Part shown: one piece after another, positions 56,700-64,000 of the stretch
Numbering within the stretch: position 1 is the first letter of the stretch
Layout: each line of letters opens with the position of its first letter
NCBI GenBank assembly: GCA_950097015.1
Contig: CATNEN010000011.1
Location: 186,001-250,000 of the forward strand
DNA: 64,000 nt
Direction of reading: 5' to 3'
Source of the DNA: Macrostomum hystrix
Lineage: Eukaryota; Animalia; Platyhelminthes
Made by a program: the position numbers and the translations under genes
Notes under the pieces: generated by a model
Told to the model about the DNA's origin: nothing
What the model saw: the letters and a program-made list of their open reading frames with translations, nothing else
Database searches by the model: none

Positions 56700-57514
56700 A
56701 TAAATAAACAAAGAAATCAATGACATATTTAAACCCATTTGGATGTTTGCTGATATGAAATGCCCCAAGCCTTCAACCGTCTGTTTATTTTGCATGGAAA
56801 AAATATGGTTTCAGACTAATATTAACAATGCTTTTTGCATTTGAATGCAAACGTGATGCGCTAGATGTAATTGAAAATAAGTACACACACATATGATGCA
56901 TAAGGAAGATAAAAAATGGGGTGAGATAAATGGAAAGTTAAAATAAAGAACAAACGGAGAAACACAGCATCGCATCGAATGAGTAAACTCGATCATTCAC
57001 CAGAAATAACAGCAAAATATGCTACGCTCAAAATATAAATTTGAAGCAGCATGCAAAGCGAATTAAACAAAATGATCAAAGATAGAAAACAACCACTACC
57101 AGCCAATAAAATTAGTTGTATGAGAACCATAAAAATACAAATATTACCATACTGTAAAGAAAGTCCATAGTCAGCAATGAAAAGAGTTCAAGTTGCTGAA
57201 TTTGCAGCAATGCAAAACTAATTAGAAGCAGATAATTGGTAGCAGAATTAATAAAAAATTGTGATAGCAATAACGGCTGTTAGAATACAAGTGCTAGTCC
57301 TACTGTGCATCAGTCTAATTGTCAAGAAATGCTGTCAAACAAAACAATACTGGCCACTAGAAGTAATCATCTTTAAAGCAAAGCTGTGATTTATCGATAT
57401 AATTCAAATTATTGTTATTCGATTTGCTCTTCATAAAACAGAAATGCTCACAAATAAGATCAACTACTAATAACTTTTAGTGACCATTAAAAGACAGTTG
57501 TCGCAGCAACCTGA

Positions 57515-60500
57515 CTACGGTCGTAACAGCATTCGCTTCCTTGGCCTTTCATTGAGTTCACCAGTCAGCCGGGATTCCTCATCTAGAACGCATTGCTCCT
57601 GCTGTTGCAAAAGCCGAATGTGTCCGAAAGGGAGGCTTGAGTTTGGACCTATCCAGGCTCGTTTATCCTCCCAGATGCTTAGAGCCAGCTTCTGCTGTTC
57701 GAGTGTAAACAATCGGTGATTGATGCTTCCAATGCGACGGACAGTTAGTGACAGCTGTGTTGAGTCCTTGTAAACTCGCAAGTAGTCTTCATGGGTTAAA
57801 GTCCGCTTGACAACGCATGCTTGAATGCCCTTCGCCTTCTTCTTGTCAGCTGATGACTTGGTCGTCAAGAAGGAATACAATTTAGGTCGCAGCAGAACCC
57901 ATTCTTCATTCCGTACACCGGCAGACTCATCCTTAATACAACCCAGCCTAGCCTTCAAGCGATCGGAGTGAAGTACATCATCCTTTGGGAAGTTGGACGT
58001 GTCAAGCAGATCATGAAAAGCCATTAAAGGCAGAGCTTCCTTCCGAGCATCGATGTTTTCCAGGCAGAGAAAAAGCGAATCAGTGTCCCCACCACAGACA
58101 CGAACACATCCACTATCACGCTCAAGTAATGGCTTCAACTTGTCGTAGAGCAGCTCGTACATAACGATCTTTGATAGGTCCAGTACGCATTGTCCCATTT
58201 GAATTGGACGATCCAGAGTGACTTCTGTCCTCTGTAGCTCAAATATGCTTAGATTTTCAGTAATTATTGTGAAGGACTTTAAATTTGGATTGGCTGCATA
58301 GATCCTGGCTTTGTCGGTTGAATTGATAATTCTAATGTCGCGTCGCTTGCGTACATTTTCCATCACCTTGCCAAATACACTGTTGTTCTTTAATTTGTAG
58401 AAATCTTTTTCGAATGCATTCTTTGCATTCGATCGCTTCTCACTATTCTTGTTGATGTACGAGGCAAAAACTGGCTCTTGGCGGAACTCAATCATTCTGT
58501 GCACTTTAGCCAACTTTAAGCCATGTGCTAGATAGAACTTTAGCGCAGAAGAGTGCAGCACGTAGGCCAGTTTGTTCTTGCAGGTCAGGAGTAGTTTTTC
58601 AACACCACAATATTCCTTCCCACAGTTACTTGATTTAGCGGGTTCATGTTGTTGCTGCTGTTGTCTTTGCTGCTGGTGCTGCTGCTGGTGCTGCTGCTGA
58701 TTTTCTTGATGCAACAAATTCCATAGGTGCTTCATGTGCGGCGGGAATTCATCGAAACTAGGTTTTTGCCTTTCGGGTGCAAACGGCAGATCAGCAGTGT
58801 AATCATGAATCTCTATGGGATAGTGAAGGTCGGCCTCAACAAGATAGCCAACGGGACCATTTTCATCCAGGCACAAAAATCTCTCTTCCGTCCAGACGAT
58901 GACTTCCCCCTCACTGAGCCAACGGAAGTCTCTGACGGGGAGTGGCATTGTGAGAGCATGGCCATATAGATTGTTTGCGTCTATTGCTAGCAAACTTTTG
59001 GTTGGTTGTTCATCAGTTTCGGCTTTCGTGATGTCAGTCGCACTCGCTCGAACATGATGGATGTTGACAAAGCACATGCCACCACGGATTCCTCGCTCGA
59101 AGGTCCGATACATTTCATTGTCGCTCAAAAGCTGGATGCCTACTTTTGCAATTCCAGAAAGCGACTTTATTGCTGAAGCAAACGAAAGCCCCGGTGTTGA
59201 AACAAAATGAACCGGATCCAGACCATCTTCTCGGAGGCTGAGTCGACGGAAATTTTCAAAAATATCCGCAAGTTGACGGATATCTAACTCAAGGTAACAG
59301 AGCATGTAGTGACGCAAATTGACTACATCGAATTCGCGCCACGCTCTTTGAGCATGCGCATAATCATTTGTGCTGCATTCACAGTTGTTTAATCGATTAA
59401 AAAAATTCTCTCGGCTAGGCAGTTGTGTATCATAGAGTATATGACTACCAGATAGATAGTCATATGGGAATACACCTTTTGAAAAAAGGACTTCACTGCT
59501 CACATTTGGGTGATGCTCCTGCATCCGAGACGTCACTTTGCACTCATCTTCCGACAAATTCGCAATAAGCTGTGCAATGCTACTGTGTAGAAACTGGAAG
59601 CTATCGATAAACTGAAGTGTGAAGCTCAGTGGGATCATTCTGCCATCCTTTTCATACTCATCGATTTTGAACTCAACTCGCATTGATAGGTATGCCTCGG
59701 CTGTTTGTGGGATGACGCTGATTTTCCAGCCAGGCATGTTGCCAAGGGCGGTAGAGAAGATGAGGTGCAGGTCATAGTTACGCAAGTTATGCATGACAAT
59801 TGGTAGAAAGCGACGCTTAAGTCTAGCTAGCTTGTTACACGAGCTGCAGGCAGCGCCGCGGAATGCGCCAGTCAAGTGATCGTGGTCCCAGTGCTTCTTA
59901 CTAGAAGATGAAATAACTTCTCCACAATAGTGGCAGCACACAGATTCGTGGAACTTTCGAATGTCTTCATCATGCTTGAGTGCAGGTTTGTGACTGAACT
60001 CTTTATTCCAACCATAAACTTTCCTAGCCAGCTTTTCTAGTGACATCAAGAATTCTTTGACACAGGTGTGCGCATCAGAATCACAAAAGAGTGCTACCTC
60101 CTCACTAGGCCTACACAACTGACTAATCCCATCTCGGGCGATTGTGATGTAGCCAGCAGCAGCAGGCACGTGCTCAGTCAGCCTGATGATTGCTGATGTA
60201 TCATCAACTGAAGCAGTTGGGACATTAAATGCCTCGAAGTCGGCGTAGACAACAAAAGGAGGACTCAGCGTCTTTTCCCAGGATGTGAAGCGCATGAAGC
60301 TTTCTGGCTCTGGCATATTCTCCTTGATGGATGTCGATTGTTGAAGATTGCAATGCACCTGGTGAGAGTGAAGATCAATTTCAGTACGAAAATTACTCAA
60401 ACATCGCTCACACCACTTTCGATTCCGAAAGCCTAGTTTGCTATTGAAGAGCCTATCAAGGCTGCTAACAGCACACCAGTGGCCAAGATTGTCACATATA

Positions 60501-61760
60501 TTATCACCAATGTCGATATCGGCTGAGTCCTTGCGAAGATTACATGGCTGGACCAACATAAGTAGAACAATCTTTCGCGATGTTGCTAATACAGTGCTAG
60601 GTTGACGAATCACTGAAGGCTTCGAATTCTCCCATGTTAAAACGGTAAAACATATTTCAGTGTTTCTCTGCTCGACTTCATCGAGGTCGCTAATTGAGAC
60701 GGGGAGATTAATGCCTGTTAAATCAATTTCTGCCTCCCAGTTTTTGTAAGTTGCTAATCTATGACCAGATTTTTTCACTGCAGGATCATCGCAATGAAGA
60801 TAGGCCAAGCAGGCAAAACGGAAACAGTCATTTCCATTGCTGGGAGGGTTGATGAGAGCCTTCTTGTTGAGTAGCTCAATAGGCAAATTAAATTCGCTGC
60901 ATCTACCGGAATAGTAACGAATCCGATCAGATAGAGTACTGCACAGATCCAAGTGATTCAGACCATTAACAGCCCAGCCACTACCATTGGAATTGTAAGT
61001 ATCAATTTTGCGCTCAAGTTCAGTGAATTGCTGCATCCACCAGTTTTCAAACTCACATATGTCATTGAGACATACCAAGTGGTGCGCGACATACTTGATT
61101 TCGGCATGAACAGGCAAAACATCTGTTGCAGCTAGTCTGATCATGTGAACATTGAGCTTGAGTTGTGCGCGAATAGACTGACCATCAGAAGAGTCTAGTC
61201 GTATTTCAAGCGCTTGTCGAACGGCTTCTTTGGTCGCACGAAGAAATTCGAACGGATCACATTGAACTGTCGGAAAAAAACGCAGTACTTCAAGGACATG
61301 ATCGTGTGCAGCTGATATGATGGAAGATTGGAATGGGATTCCTGTAAATTAAAAGGATAAGGAAGGAAGTTATGTAGCCCCGTAATAGTTGAGCATCTAA
61401 CTAATTAAAAGCACTCCAATTTTCAGTTACAGTAGTCCTATACAAATTAATTTCCCGAATAGGCAGGTGAATACTAATTTGAAAAAGCTTTTTTATATCA
61501 GTAAATTTTAGTCAGAGAATATTCATAAATTTATAAATTCTTTATATATAATACACAAATGCAACATTTGTTTTTCTAATTACCGTAGCGACTTTTCAAA
61601 ATACGTTTTTTAAGAAACTAATTGCGGAAACTTGTATAACATAGTATGCGATCAAATAAAAACTACAATGCTTATTCTCACCATATCTATCAGAAGAATA
61701 AGATGACTCGCTTGAATTGCTTGACTCGAGAGAATTTAAGCCTCCGTTTGAGACGGCCAT
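57515..61760 (-). CDS. polB: Protein-primed family B DNA polymerase (~1300 aa); predicted exons 61760-61682 and 61341-57515
   Basis: YADFE, HNLRNYD, KGVFPYDY, RGIRGG, DANNLYG, KLKNNSVFGK, GDTDS, RPKLYS, KKKAKG; EndoVII-like Zn motif CHYC..DHDHLTG..RGAACSSCN; frame stays open upstream of 61144 to an acceptor at 61342. Confidence 0.93.
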
Positions 61761-62329
61761 GCTTATTCATGAATTATTTTCAGTGGCTGAAAGAAAATTA
61801 TTAAGTAGATTATTAATAATAATTATTTTAATTGTAATAATAGTAAGTCTAGTGACTAATATAGTTAAAAGAAATATCAGAAACAATATTTATTCAATGA
61901 TTATCACACTCTATTTCTTAGCACTTTATTATCTGCGTATCGGAAAAAGTAAGCAGCCTTTCATTTTCAAAAGAAAATCTAAAATCCAAAAACGTGTTTT
62001 AAAATTTTTTTTAATCCATAACCTGTCTCGTCAATTTATTTTCAATGTATGTAACTCAGATGGTGTTACACCTACAACACACACAAAAGCAGCGCGCAGG
62101 TTAAATATCTACAAATTAACATATAATTGTATAAAATAATGGCTTTTAATGAATTATAAAAAAACTATTTTGAAATGTGAAGCCAAACAAAATTGGAAGA
62201 GATATGTGCTAAACCAGCTTTGTAGATTTTATTGTTTGTCCTATTCCTCGTTTAAAAAGCCACTGCCAAAAGAGATGAAATTATTAAATAATAATGTGAC
62301 TAAATGGAAAAACAGAGTAGTGATTTTAA

Positions 62330-63319
62330 TTAAAAATTGCTAAGTCGAATTTGAAAGTTTCCCCCAAAGTCAATACAATATTGACCAGTAATACTGCTAG
62401 GCAGAACAAATTGAATGCAGATAGGTTGCAACTGTCCTTCAACAACAGGTGGAGCTTGATCAGCCACTGCTTGTGCCGGCGCCGCTGTTGGTGGTGGTGC
62501 GACTGGAGCAGGGTCAGAGTCAGACTCTAACTCACGGAGAATGTCAGTTAGGGCGTTGGTTTCTGCCAGCATCCTTGCTCGCTCGATATTTTTTCCTGCA
62601 ACTGCGGGAATGGCTCGGCGCTGTTGATGCTGCTCCTGCTCCTCCTCCGGCAGCTGCTGCTGATGCTGCTCCAGTCCAGTCTGCTGCTGGTGCTGGTGCT
62701 GCTGATGATGATGATGAGGCACTGAATCCTCCCGCTGCAGCAGCTGTTGGAGTGCCTGATGTTGGGGTCGATCCTGTTGATTAAATCGGCCCTCTAAATC
62801 AAGCTCATCGATAAATGCGGTGTCCAGCTCAGTGATTTCATCATCGATCGCATTTACGATTTCGATGTCGTTAGCTTGTCTGCCGACCAGAAGATTTTCT
62901 GTAGCATCGGGCAGCAAAGCCGGCACGGCAGCGAGGATGGGAGCAACACCAGCAACAGGATGATCGTTTGAAGATGATCTGCCACAGACGTTGGAGATGA
63001 TCTGACTAAGAGCGCTCTCAGGCTGGCGAATACGCTCAAGCGCTTGAAATGCCTCTTGCTGGCGTGCGGATTCCAATGCAGTTTGCCTGGCTCGCTCGAG
63101 GTCTTCAGCAGAGCCCCAGTTGACAACAGCATGATTTTTGTGTCGTCGAATTTGTCCGCGGACGGTAAAAAGCTCAGCTGAATCGCATTCATGGCAAACG
63201 AGCCAGCGACTGACACTACAGCCTTCGCGCGTAACATGATGTCTCAATTTTCCGAGTGAGCAAATATTGCAATTGATGCACACCTCATGTATGTATGAAG
63301 GGCAGTGGTACTTGCTCAT
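62330..63319 (-). CDS. Unknown protein: N-terminal Cys/His zinc cluster, acidic and Gln-rich C-terminus
   Basis: 329-codon ORF; C..C..C..CHEC..H.H N-terminus; HHHQQHQHQQQ and D/E-rich stretches. Confidence 0.7.
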   Translation of the reverse strand: MSKYHCPSYIHEVCINCNICSLGKLRHHVTREGCSVSRWLVCHECDSAELFTVRGQIRRHKNHAVVNWGSAEDLERARQTALESARQQEAFQALERIRQPESALSQIISNVCGRSSSNDHPVAGVAPILAAVPALLPDATENLLVGRQANDIEIVNAIDDEITELDTAFIDELDLEGRFNQQDRPQHQALQQLLQREDSVPHHHHQQHQHQQQTGLEQHQQQLPEEEQEQHQQRRAIPAVAGKNIERARMLAETNALTDILRELESDSDPAPVAPPPTAAPAQAVADQAPPVVEGQLQPICIQFVLPSSITGQYCIDFGGNFQIRLSNF

Positions 63320-63365
63320 GTTTAAATAATTTCCCAATAACAACATTACTATTGAAAATCCGAGT

Positions 63366-63372
63366 CTTTATA
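63366..63372 (-). promoter_or_regulatory. Candidate TATA box for the leftward gene block
   Basis: TATAAAG on the minus strand ~47 nt upstream of the ATG at 63319. Confidence 0.4.
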
Positions 63373-63614
63373 TCCAACCCCTCCCCACTCCCGCATATGT
63401 TTACAGCTTGTGTATGTACATACACTAATTCAAAGTAGATAACATCAGAGAAAATTGCCGACTGCTACAAGCATCCCAGCTTTATCCCTTGAATGTTGTT
63501 GTTGTGCAGGAAACTTTGGACATAATTTATTATCTCTCCTATGCTCTATAGTTCGTTCACCACAAAGCAACAACTCCTGGGCCCCGTGCGCGATCACCAC
63601 TTCACACCTTTAGC

Positions 63615-63791
63615 CGCTCAAGTTCAAGCGCACCGGCACTCAACAAATGACTAAATAGTAGTAAACTTATTTGTTATTGATTATTGAGAATTCCCTTAAT
63701 TCTGAATTCGCTCAAGTTCAAGTGCACCGGCACTCAGCAAATGACTAATAAGAGTAAACTTATTTGTTATTGATTATTTGAGAAATTCCCA
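63615..63791 (+). repeat. 94-bp tandem duplication
   Basis: CGCTCAAGTTCAAG(C/T)GCACCGGCACTCA..GTAAACTTATTTGTTATTGATTATT starts at 63615 and 63709. Confidence 0.85.
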
Positions 63792-63841
63792 CTGAAATTT
63801 CTAATAAATGCCAAACTTTTTAACTTCATTAAACTAAATTA

Positions 63842-64000
63842 GCTTTCCCTGCGGCAGAATCCACCAATGCATTTACATAGGCCACTATGTTCACTCACTA
63901 ACCCCAAGGTTACTCCAGCCCTAGAAACGCACGATATGAAATTTCAGGTCTCCATGCATTTAAAATATTTGTGCGGAACGTAATGCAGTGAACAGTGAAC
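63842..64000 (-). repeat. Right inverted repeat (candidate TIR), runs off the window
   Basis: Reverse complement of ~48436-48611. Confidence 0.75.

Larger units (their letters stand above)
48229..64000. mobile_element. Polinton/Maverick (adintovirus-like endogenous dsDNA virus); right end beyond the window, left end approximate
   Basis: Complete core set (pPolB, rve integrase, packaging ATPase, cysteine protease, major and minor capsid); inverted repeats ~48436-48611 and 63842-64000. Confidence 0.93.

Noticed and set aside
61717-62139. 140-aa hydrophobic plus-strand ORF
   Set aside because: Very AT-rich, non-ATG start, antisense to the PolB 5' region; likely a chance frame.

Overview
Eukaryotic (animal) genomic DNA with spliceosomal introns and polyQ-rich genes; an invertebrate, possibly a flatworm such as Macrostomum (inference only). 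Most of the window is mobile DNA. (1) 1285-16927: a 15.6-kb DNA transposon with ~1-kb TIRs, inverted CTAG-rich subterminal satellite arrays and a 7-bp TSD (AATTGAT) supported by an empty-site paralogue at 17178-17220. It carries a multi-exon KDZ (Kyakuja-Dileera-Zisupton) transposase with consistent splice phases on the minus strand and a convergent plus-strand gene with an HMG-box-like N-terminus and ~400 aa of Gly/Ser/Pro repeats. (2) 19590-31179: host COG4, whose 8-kb first intron holds a DD34D mariner; a young BEL/Pao LTR retrotransposon sits inside one mariner TIR. (3) A tincar-like membrane-protein gene (33201-39539), an orphan two-exon gene, hAT and Harbinger-type MITEs and a Helitron 3' fragment. 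(4) ~48230 to beyond 64000: a Polinton/Maverick (adintovirus-like endogenous virus) with open core ORFs: integrase, minor and major capsid, core protein, protease, packaging ATPase and a probably spliced pPolB. It also encodes a TATA-binding-protein homologue, a tandem PC4-like protein and a Zn-finger/Gln-rich protein, which look like its own Pol II transcription module. All family calls come from motif recognition by eye; no database search was run.
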